Assembly (NCBI GenBank): GCA_964514965.1
Contig: CAZETV010000002.1
Coordinates: 188,545-220,544 of the forward strand
Direction of reading: 5' to 3'
DNA length: 32,000 nt
Source of the DNA: Candidatus Hadarchaeota archaeon
Lineage (GTDB): Archaea > Hadarchaeota > Hadarchaeia > Hadarchaeales > Hadarchaeaceae
Shown here: in pieces, positions 24,664 to 32,000 of the stretch
How positions within the stretch are numbered: the first letter of the stretch is position 1
Layout of the letters: each line of letters opens with the position of its first letter
Notes under the pieces: model-generated
Told to the model about the DNA's origin: nothing
What the model saw: the letters and a program-made list of their open reading frames with translations, nothing else
Database searches by the model: none
Translations under genes and position numbers: made by a program

Positions 24664-25788
24664 TCATCTCCTTTTATTTTTCAACATCTCAACGAAGCGG
24701 TCAAAAAGGTACTGATTATCCTGCGGTCCTGGGGAGCCTTCCGGATGATATTGCACGGAGAAAACAGGGAGTTCCTCGTGATCGATTCCTTCAACCGTGC
24801 CGTCGTTGCAGTTGATTTTTGTAACTTTGAATCCAGTACCTTGTAGGCTTTCCGCGTCAATCGCAAAACCGTGGTTCTGCGCGGTTATGTGAACTTTCCC
24901 AGTTTGAAGGTCCTTAACTGGCTGATTAGTCCCGCGATGTCCAAACTTGAGTTTAAAAGTCTTCGTTCCAGCAGCCAAAGCCAAAATTTGATTACCCAAA
25001 CATATACCCATAATCGGATATTTTTCCATTAGTTGCCCAACGGTCTTGTGGAGGTGGGTCAAAACCGCTGGGTCACCCGGGCCATTTGATATCACGATGC
25101 CATCTGGCTCCAATGCCTCAATTTGGCTCACGTCCATCGTTGCGGGAACAGCGATTACTGAGAGTCCTCTTTTGACTAGACTTCTGAGGATACTTCTTTT
25201 AACTCCGCAGTCGATGAGCACGATTTTTAACTTACCCCCATTGCCAAATCTGTTTATTTCCTTCCGAGTTGTTTCCCCAACCAAGTCCTGCTCTGAAATG
25301 TCTGGATGCTTCCTAACCTTTTCAAGCAACTCTTCGACATGGGGCTCTTTACCTTCATAAGTAACCATGCCGCATTTCATCGTGCCATATTTTCTAACCT
25401 TGATCGTTAACGCGCGAGTATCCACGCTCATGATGCCAGGAATCTTGAATTCCTCCAAGAACTCTTCGAGCTTTTTTGTTCCCTTCCAATGAGATGGCTC
25501 CTCGCAGAGTTCCCTGAGTACCAATCCCTTAACCCAAATTCTATCTGACTCGAACCAATCGGGATGCACTTTGTAGTTCCCAATCAACGGATAGGTAAAC
25601 ATCAGGATTTGCCCATTGTAAGAAGGGTCCGTCAAAGACTCAACGTAGCCTGTCATCGATGTGTTGAAAACGATTTCACCAAGCGCTTCCCTTTTAGCTC
25701 CTAATCCCGCTCCCCTGAATACTGTTCCATCTTCGAGCACTAGCATCGCTTTAATGTTCTCGCTCAGATTTGAGTGGTGGGATTTCAA
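24664..25788 (-). CDS. carA: Carbamoyl-phosphate synthase small (glutaminase) subunit
   Basis: LVLEDGTVFRGAGLGA...GISNGPGDPA / PIMGICLGNQILALAAG / QYHPEGSPGP. Start may be at 25746. Confidence 0.95.
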   Translation of the reverse strand: MKSHHSNLSENIKAMLVLEDGTVFRGAGLGAKREALGEIVFNTSMTGYVESLTDPSYNGQILMFTYPLIGNYKVHPDWFESDRIWVKGLVLRELCEEPSHWKGTKKLEEFLEEFKIPGIMSVDTRALTIKVRKYGTMKCGMVTYEGKEPHVEELLEKVRKHPDISEQDLVGETTRKEINRFGNGGKLKIVLIDCGVKRSILRSLVKRGLSVIAVPATMDVSQIEALEPDGIVISNGPGDPAVLTHLHKTVGQLMEKYPIMGICLGNQILALAAGTKTFKLKFGHRGTNQPVKDLQTGKVHITAQNHGFAIDAESLQGTGFKVTKINCNDGTVEGIDHEELPVFSVQYHPEGSPGPQDNQYLFDRFVEMLKNKRR

Positions 25789-26771
25789 ATTTTTTTCAAC
25801 TCCTTAACAGAGATGAGGCAGTGCGGTGCAAATGTTTCGATCTTGGCTCCGCGTTCTTTCATGATGACAGCGGGTATCAACCCACCAACCATAGAAATTC
25901 CAACTCTGTCCATGCTTACTGGAATACCCAGAATGGCTTCATTGGGCTTACCAAAGGCTAAGATTCCACCCCATCCTTTATCTTTTAGGTTTGAAATCAC
26001 TCGTTGCGTAGCATCCCCCGCAGTCATTGGAAGCTCTCTTAAACCAGCGGTTAACATCCCAGAACCGGTCTTGAGGACGCTATCTATTGAAGTCATGCCC
26101 CTGTAAACGAACACCTCCAGAGGCGGTATTGTTGTTCCATTGTAGGAAATCAGCTCCACGAAGCGGATGGGTTTGTATTTCAAAAATTGAACCAGACCTC
26201 CATAAGTAGGGATTATCGGAATACCTGAGTGCATAAGGACGCCATCTATTGTAAGATTGCAAACGGTAAAAATAGCTATTTGCCCTTTTGGAACGGATAT
26301 TTCGCCATGTTCTTCTCCTTCATCCAACACTTTGATGTAAGGAGCCAACAGGAGATCCTTTTCGTGGAGGGAATCCAAGACCTTGAGAACCCGATCGTGA
26401 AGGGCCTTGTCCACGAAGGAAACATTAGCGACCACCTTTCCTTTATCACTCCTAGGTTCGTAAGTCACAGTATACGCTAAAGATAGGAAACGCGTGGTAA
26501 CGAAGCCCACTCTTTCATAAGCTAACGCCCTGCCAAGCTCTTTTAGTCCCTCCTGAGTTATCGTTCTCCCACTCCGATCATGCCCATGAATGAGACCTCT
26601 AGCTTGTAATAATTGAAGGTGATATCTTATCGCCCTCTCGCTGAGCAGAAAACCTCTTCTCCTCAGTTCTCGGCTAAGCATCGTAGAGCCTAAGGGTTTA
26701 TCATGCCCGCTCAAAGCCTTTAAAATCTCAATCTCCTTCCTGTTGCTCTCGTTCTGCCCAGAATCAAGCAT
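25785..26771 (-). CDS. nrpR: NrpR-type nitrogen regulator (wHTH + one NrpR domain)
   Basis: N-terminal wHTH LLSERAIRYHLQLLQARGLIHGHDRSGRTITQEGLKEL; NrpR domain GLREMP-like GLRELPMTAGD. Confidence 0.85.
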   Translation of the reverse strand: MLDSGQNESNRKEIEILKALSGHDKPLGSTMLSRELRRRGFLLSERAIRYHLQLLQARGLIHGHDRSGRTITQEGLKELGRALAYERVGFVTTRFLSLAYTVTYEPRSDKGKVVANVSFVDKALHDRVLKVLDSLHEKDLLLAPYIKVLDEGEEHGEISVPKGQIAIFTVCNLTIDGVLMHSGIPIIPTYGGLVQFLKYKPIRFVELISYNGTTIPPLEVFVYRGMTSIDSVLKTGSGMLTAGLRELPMTAGDATQRVISNLKDKGWGGILAFGKPNEAILGIPVSMDRVGISMVGGLIPAVIMKERGAKIETFAPHCLISVKELKKI

Positions 26772-26808
26772 GCCCTACCCGAAAATCACTACAACCTCTA
26801 CCCTTAAA

Positions 26809-26828
26809 TAGGTAAACGGCTACCTATT
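26809..26828. promoter_or_regulatory. Candidate NrpR-type operator
   Basis: ATAGGTA-AACGGC-TACCTAT, perfect 7-bp arms with 6-bp spacer, between nrpR and glnA starts. Confidence 0.55.
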
Positions 26829-26842
26829 ACCGAGGATAGACC

Positions 26843-28171
26843 ATGGTAAGCCACACTAAAGAAGATGTCTTAAAGGTTGTAACTGAGAATGATGTCAGGT
26901 TCATAAGGCTTTGGTTTACCGATATCTTGGGGCAACTGAAGAGTTTTTCCATTACATCAGGGGAATTAGAGACAGCTTTTACCGAAGGGATGGGATTTGA
27001 TGGTTCGTCCATAAAAGGTTTTGCACGAATCGATGAGAGCGATATGATCGCCAAACCGGACCCCACAACCTTTACTATTCTTCCTTGGAGACCAAAAGAA
27101 AAAGCTGTTGCGAGGATGTTTTGTGACATTCTGGAACCGGACGGGAGACCCCACGAAGGTGACCCTCGCTATATATTGAAGCGAAATTTGGAGCGATTGA
27201 AGGAAAAAAATTATACTTTTTACGTCGGGCCTGAAGTAGAGTATTTTTACTTTAAAGATGCAGAGCATCCAGACGTTTTAGACAAGGGCGGGTACTTTGA
27301 CCTCACTACCTTAGATGCAGCGAGCGACTTACGAAGAGACACGATTTTGACATTGGAAGCAATGGGAGTAAAGGCTGAATATAGCCATCACGAAGTCGCG
27401 CCTTCTCAACATGAGATAGACCTGTACTATATGGACGCACTTACCATGGCCGATAACGTAATGACTTACAAGGTAGTGGTGAAGGAGATTGCACACAAAT
27501 ACGGCTACTATGCTACCTTCATGCCCAAGCCGATCTTCGGGGAAAATGGAAGTGGGATGCATACTCACCAATCTTTGTTCAAAGGAGACAAAAACGTCTT
27601 CTTTGATGCAAGTGATGAATATCACCTATCCCCAATTGCTAAAGGATACATCGCTGGATTGCTAAAACATGCCCCGGAAATCACCGCCATTACTAACCAA
27701 TGGGTCAATTCTTACAAGAGGCTGGTCCCCGGCTATGAGGCGCCAGTTTATCTAAGTTGGGCTCGTCGGAATAGGTCCACGTTAGTAAGAGTGCCCATGT
27801 ACAAACCAGGGAAGGAGAAGGCCACACGAATTGAATTCCGTAGTCCAGATCCAGCTTGCAATCCTTATTTGGCATTTGCTGTTATGCTAGCAGCTGGACT
27901 CGAGGGAATTGAGAAAGGATATTCGCTTCCGGGTCCAATCGAAAAAGATGTTTACCACCTCAGCGAAAAAGAAAGAAAAAAACTGGGCGTAGAAACACTT
28001 CCGGGAAGCTTGGTTGAGGCTATAGAATTAGCGGAAAAAAGCGAGCTGATGCACAAGACCTTAGGGGCCCATATTTTCAACAATTTTATCGAGAGCAAAA
28101 AGGTTGAGTGGGACAATTATAGAAAACAAATCCACCCTTGGGAAGTGAAAGAGTACCTCCCTATCCTGTAG
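26843..28171 (+). CDS. glnA: Glutamine synthetase type I
   Basis: FTEGMGFDGSSIKGF, YYFKDAEHPDVLDKGGYFDL, NGSGMHTHQSLF, NSYKRLVPGYEAPVYLSW, NPYLAFAVML. Confidence 0.97.
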   Translation: MVSHTKEDVLKVVTENDVRFIRLWFTDILGQLKSFSITSGELETAFTEGMGFDGSSIKGFARIDESDMIAKPDPTTFTILPWRPKEKAVARMFCDILEPDGRPHEGDPRYILKRNLERLKEKNYTFYVGPEVEYFYFKDAEHPDVLDKGGYFDLTTLDAASDLRRDTILTLEAMGVKAEYSHHEVAPSQHEIDLYYMDALTMADNVMTYKVVVKEIAHKYGYYATFMPKPIFGENGSGMHTHQSLFKGDKNVFFDASDEYHLSPIAKGYIAGLLKHAPEITAITNQWVNSYKRLVPGYEAPVYLSWARRNRSTLVRVPMYKPGKEKATRIEFRSPDPACNPYLAFAVMLAAGLEGIEKGYSLPGPIEKDVYHLSEKERKKLGVETLPGSLVEAIELAEKSELMHKTLGAHIFNNFIESKKVEWDNYRKQIHPWEVKEYLPIL

Positions 28172-28218
28172 GAATCTGGGGTTTGAAAAGATGAAATCCT
28201 CGGGAAAAAGGTGGAAAA

Positions 28219-29301
28219 ATGAATCGCTATCTGGAAAAAGAAAGAAGTGGCTGTTCCCTTGTGGGGATAATGAACGAACAGGGAAAGAGATTTAGCGGCA
28301 AATTAGTGATAAAATCTATCGCCGTGATGCGCGAACGGGCAAATGGTTTGGGCGCGGGGTTCGCCGGTTATGGTATATACCCCAAATACAGCGATTTTTA
28401 CGCCTTCCATTTGCTGTATGATAACGATAAAGCCAAAGATTTAACTGAGGAATACTTAGAAAAAAATTATCTAATCCAGAAAGACGAAGCCATTCCGTCT
28501 AGGGAAGTAGAGGCAATAAAAAATTCACCCTGTATCTGGCGATATTTTCTAAAGATAAAAGAAGAGAGAAAAGAAGAACGTTGCGACCTTGCTGAAGAAG
28601 ATTTCATTGTCAAAACAGTGATGGACATAAACACCGGCATTGACGGGGCATTTGTATTCTCAAGTGGGAAAAACATGGGCATCTTTAAAGGCGTAGGTTT
28701 TCCTGAAGACATCGGCGCCTTTTACAGGTTGGAGGATTATAAAGGCTACAACTGGATTGCCCACGGGAGATTTCCAACAAACACGGGCGCATGGTGGGGG
28801 GGAGCTCATCCTTTAGGGCTTTTAGATTGGTCTGTGGTCCATAACGGAGAGATTTCATCTTACGGGACAAACAGAAGGTTTTTGCTCAACTACGGATATC
28901 ACTGTGCCCTTTTTACTGACACAGAGGTAATGACATACCTCTTCGACCTGCTGGCGAGAAAACACAAACTAGATTTTGGGGTGATATCAAAAATTCTCGC
29001 CGCCCCATTTTGGGATGAGATAGATAGAGCCCAGAACGGCGAATCTACGTTGGTTAAGGCCCTGCGCATGACTTATAGCAGCGCTCTGGTTAACGGCCCG
29101 TTCTCGGTTATAGTGGGGCGCAACAGGGAATTGGTGGGCCTAAACGATCGCATCAAGTTAAGGCCGTTAGTAGCTGGAAGAAAAGATGATATGCTCTATA
29201 TGTCTAGCGAAGAGTCCGGCATTAGGGAAGTATGTCCTTCGCCTGACAGAGTCTGGGCGCCGAAAGCGGGAGAGCCGGTAATCGGACGGTTGAGGGGGTA
29301 A
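28219..29301 (+). CDS. Glutamate synthase, glutamine amidotransferase (class II) subunit
   Basis: GCSLVGI...[38 protein letters not shown]. Confidence 0.88.
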   Translation: MNRYLEKERSGCSLVGIMNEQGKRFSGKLVIKSIAVMRERANGLGAGFAGYGIYPKYSDFYAFHLLYDNDKAKDLTEEYLEKNYLIQKDEAIPSREVEAIKNSPCIWRYFLKIKEERKEERCDLAEEDFIVKTVMDINTGIDGAFVFSSGKNMGIFKGVGFPEDIGAFYRLEDYKGYNWIAHGRFPTNTGAWWGGAHPLGLLDWSVVHNGEISSYGTNRRFLLNYGYHCALFTDTEVMTYLFDLLARKHKLDFGVISKILAAPFWDEIDRAQNGESTLVKALRMTYSSALVNGPFSVIVGRNRELVGLNDRIKLRPLVAGRKDDMLYMSSEESGIREVCPSPDRVWAPKAGEPVIGRLRG

Positions 29302-29303
29302 AA

Positions 29304-30824
29304 ATGCCTATCACTTTCATTCCACCCGAATTCATTATCGAAAGAGACGATGAAAAATGTATCACTTGCCAAGTTTGTTGTAGGCAGTGTGCAAACGATG
29401 CTCATACCTACGATGCTGAAGACGACAAAGTTTACACCGATAATTCTAAATGTGTGGGATGCCATCGCTGCGTGACACTTTGCCCAACCGGTGCACTAAA
29501 TGTCATACGCAATCCTCTGCACTTTAAAGATAATCCCAACTGGACGCCTCGTGCGATAAAAGACATCTATAAGCAGGCCGAGTCTGGCGGGGTGCTGTTG
29601 ACTGGGATGGGCTGTGACCGACCCTACTTTGATTACTTTAGCCATATTGTACTCAACGCGTCACAAGTGACTAACCCATCAATCGACCCCCTCCGGGAGC
29701 CGATGGAACTACGTACCTACATCGGGAAAAAACCAGACAAAGTCGAAATAGAGGGTACTAGCGAGAGGGCCCGACTAAAGACCAAGATACTCCCGCAGCT
29801 GGAGTTGAGTACTCCAATCCTCTTCTCGGCGATGTCGTTCGGCTCGATAAGTTACAATGCTCATTTGTCTTTGGCTAAGGCAGCCCAAGAGTTCGGGATT
29901 TTTTATAACACTGGAGAGGGCGGATTACACCCGGACCTGTACAAATACGGTAAACACACGATAGTCCAAGTCGCCTCGGGTCGGTTCGGTGTACATCGGG
30001 ACTACTTGGAGGTAGCTGCCGCGATAGAGATAAAAATCGGCCAGGGTGCAAAACCGGGAATAGGCGGACATCTCCCGGGAGAGAAAGTAAGCGAACAAAT
30101 AAGTCGAACCAGGATGATTCCAGAAGGAACGGATGCCCTTTCCCCAGCCCCGCATCACGACATTTATTCGATAGAGGACCTGCGACAACTCATTTATGCG
30201 TTAAAAGAGGCAACGAGCTACACGAAACCAGTGGGGGTAAAGATTGCCGCCGTGCATAACGTGGCCCCCATCGCGAGCGGCATAGTTCGTGCGGGTGCTG
30301 ATTTTGTAGCCATTGACGGGATTCGTGGTGGCACTGGTGCCGCCCCTACAGTAATCCGAGACAACGTGGGGATACCGATAGAACTCGCTGCTGCTGTAGT
30401 TGACAGCCGTCTTAGGGAGGAGGGGATTAGACATCGAGCTTCGCTTATAGTTGGTGGCGGTATAAGATCCAGCGCGGATGTCGTAAAGGCTATTGCGTTA
30501 GGCGCAGATGCTGTCTATATCGGGACCGCCTCATTGGTAGCAATGGGTTGCCGCGTTTGCCAAAAATGTTATACTGGAAAATGCAACTGGGGTATCGCTA
30601 CTCAAGACCCCTATTTGACCAAAAGATTGAATCCTGAGATTGGCGCCCGAAGATTGCTAAACTTACTCCGTGCGTGGTCATTGGAAATCAAGGATATGCT
30701 CGGCGGCATGGGCATCAACGCAATTGAAAGCCTGCGGGGGAATAGAGATCAATTAAGAGGCGTTGGACTTACGGATGTGGATTTGAAAATGCTGGGGATA
30801 AAGCCAGCTGGAGAGGCGTGGTAA
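29304..30824 (+). CDS. Glutamate synthase, FMN/Fe-S synthase-domain subunit with N-terminal 2x[4Fe-4S]
   Basis: CITCQVCCRQC, CVGCHRCVTLCP; PILFSAMSFGSISYNAHLSLAKAA, GTGGTGEGG-like NTGEGGLHP, GQGAKPGIGGHLPG, DGIRGGTGAAP, CRVCQKCYTGKCNWGIATQ. Confidence 0.92.
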   Translation: MPITFIPPEFIIERDDEKCITCQVCCRQCANDAHTYDAEDDKVYTDNSKCVGCHRCVTLCPTGALNVIRNPLHFKDNPNWTPRAIKDIYKQAESGGVLLTGMGCDRPYFDYFSHIVLNASQVTNPSIDPLREPMELRTYIGKKPDKVEIEGTSERARLKTKILPQLELSTPILFSAMSFGSISYNAHLSLAKAAQEFGIFYNTGEGGLHPDLYKYGKHTIVQVASGRFGVHRDYLEVAAAIEIKIGQGAKPGIGGHLPGEKVSEQISRTRMIPEGTDALSPAPHHDIYSIEDLRQLIYALKEATSYTKPVGVKIAAVHNVAPIASGIVRAGADFVAIDGIRGGTGAAPTVIRDNVGIPIELAAAVVDSRLREEGIRHRASLIVGGGIRSSADVVKAIALGADAVYIGTASLVAMGCRVCQKCYTGKCNWGIATQDPYLTKRLNPEIGARRLLNLLRAWSLEIKDMLGGMGINAIESLRGNRDQLRGVGLTDVDLKMLGIKPAGEAW

Positions 30825-30836
30825 GCGGGGATAGAA

Positions 30837-31271
30837 ATGAAACGGATCTACATAAAAGAAGATGTTTGCATTGGATGCCGGCTTTGTGAGATTTATTGTC
30901 TGGTTCAACATTCGAAGTCAAAAAAGATAATCAAAGCCTACAAAGGGGAGTATCCCAAAGCCATCCCTAGGATTTTGGTGGAAGAGAAAGGGCACGTGTC
31001 CTTTGCCCTTCAATGCCGTCACTGTGAGGATGCCCCATGCATTGACGCTTGCATAACAGGAGCAATGTACCGGGATAAAAAGACGGGAGCCATCCTCTGT
31101 GACGAAAAGAAGTGCGTCGGCTGTTGGATGTGCATCATGGTATGCCCGTTCGGGGTTATAATGAGGGATGTGGAAGGCAAGAAAGTCGCCTCCAAATGCG
31201 ACTTGTGTTGCGGGGAGGAAATCCCTGTTTGCGTGGCGAATTGTCCTAATGAAGCGCTGGAATTCAGGTGA
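30837..31271 (+). CDS. 4Fe-4S ferredoxin-type electron-transfer protein
   Basis: CIGCRLCEIYC, CRHCEDAPCIDAC, CVGCWMCIMVCPFG, CDLCCGEEIPVCVANCP. Confidence 0.9.
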   Translation: MKRIYIKEDVCIGCRLCEIYCLVQHSKSKKIIKAYKGEYPKAIPRILVEEKGHVSFALQCRHCEDAPCIDACITGAMYRDKKTGAILCDEKKCVGCWMCIMVCPFGVIMRDVEGKKVASKCDLCCGEEIPVCVANCPNEALEFR

Positions 31272-31276
31272 AATGA

Positions 31277-32000
31277 ATGACCCACTACGTGATTATCGGA
31301 AACTCGGTAGCCTCCATAGCTGCGGTTGAGGCGATTCGCAATCAGGACAAAGATGGTGCAATAACCATCATCTCCGATGAACCTCACCACGCTTACTCGC
31401 GGCCGCTTATTTCGTACCTACTCGCTGGCAAGGTTTCAGAAGAATCGATGTTATATCGAGATAGAAACTTTTACAAAAAGAATAAGGTCGAGGTTCTCTT
31501 GGGCAAGAAAGCCATCGCCTTAAACCCGAAGAAGAAGTTGATTACTCTCGCTGACAAAAAGAAAATCCATTTCGACAAGCTATTGATTGCAACCGGGGGA
31601 ACTCCGATTCTCCCAAAAGTTAAAGGCAAAAATCTAGACGGTGTCTTCACTTTCACCAAATGGGACGATGCCAAGAAGATTAAGGAGTACATCAACAAAA
31701 ACAAGGTAAAAAAAGTAATCGTAGTAGGAGGCGGGCTAATAGGACTAAAAACTGTCGAAGGCTTGATTGGGCTTAAAGTAAAGGTGAGTATTGTCGAACT
31801 TGCCGACAGGATATTAAGTGCCACTTTCGATAAGAAAGCTTCCAATCTCATAAAGACTTGTTTGAATAAAATGGGTTGTAACGTAATCACCAAAAATACC
31901 GTGACTAAAATCAGGGGCAAAAAGAAAGTAACCAGCGTGATTTTAAAGGATGGATTGAAACTCGATTGCGGCATGGTCATCTTCGCTATCGGCGTTGCTC
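31277..32000 (+). CDS. FAD-dependent pyridine nucleotide-disulfide oxidoreductase family (partial)
   Basis: MTHYVIIGNSVASIAAVEAIRNQD...ITIISDEPHHAYSRPLISYLLAG...LLIATGTPILPKV...KVIVVGGGLIGLKTVEGL; runs off the right edge. Confidence 0.88.
   Translation, partial: MTHYVIIGNSVASIAAVEAIRNQDKDGAITIISDEPHHAYSRPLISYLLAGKVSEESMLYRDRNFYKKNKVEVLLGKKAIALNPKKKLITLADKKKIHFDKLLIATGGTPILPKVKGKNLDGVFTFTKWDDAKKIKEYINKNKVKKVIVVGGGLIGLKTVEGLIGLKVKVSIVELADRILSATFDKKASNLIKTCLNKMGCNVITKNTVTKIRGKKKVTSVILKDGLKLDCGMVIFAIGVA

Noticed and set aside
31471-31980. 169-aa minus-strand ORF
   Set aside because: Antisense to the FAD-dependent oxidoreductase; no family signal.

Overview
The window looks like the genome of an uncultivated archaeon. 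Form III RuBisCO, Lsm, archaeal r-proteins eL18/uL13/uS9, RpoN, NrpR and archaeal-type split glutamate synthase all point that way. From left to right: (1) a minus-strand surface protein running off the edge, with an N-terminal TM/pilin-like leader, a Thr-rich linker and ~40-aa beta-propeller repeats; then a start-less ORF remnant, tRNA-Pro(GGG), an HprK-like P-loop gene, form III RuBisCO and an Lsm protein. (2) A large, atypical gas-vesicle (gvp) locus at ~4.2-19.6 kb: GvpF/L x2, GvpG, three Hsp20/GvpH-like proteins, GvpJ/M-type proteins, GvpK, GvpO, GvpN, GvpA, a co-oriented Cdc48-type AAA+ ATPase, and several unrecognised small proteins. The locus contains two MEDS-PadR fusion regulators near its ends. 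(3) eL18-uL13-uS9-RpoN. (4) A glutamine-centred block, pyrG-purF-carA-nrpR divergent from glnA-gltB1-gltB2-ferredoxin-FAD reductase. The most notable observations are: a repeated two-module domain (standalone and fused to GvpF/L); a GvpJ/M-like protein with a C-terminal zinc ribbon; two paralogous coiled-coil proteins next to gvpA ending in a shared DFWY-like motif (GvpC candidates); a recurrent TTCGAA-W-TTCGAA-like palindrome at most gvp-locus promoters; an in-frame TAG interrupting a conserved-looking Cdc48 C-terminus; hairpins after gvpA and between the convergent gvp operons; and an ATAGGTA-N6-TACCTAT palindrome between nrpR and glnA. All family calls come from reading motifs, not from database searches.
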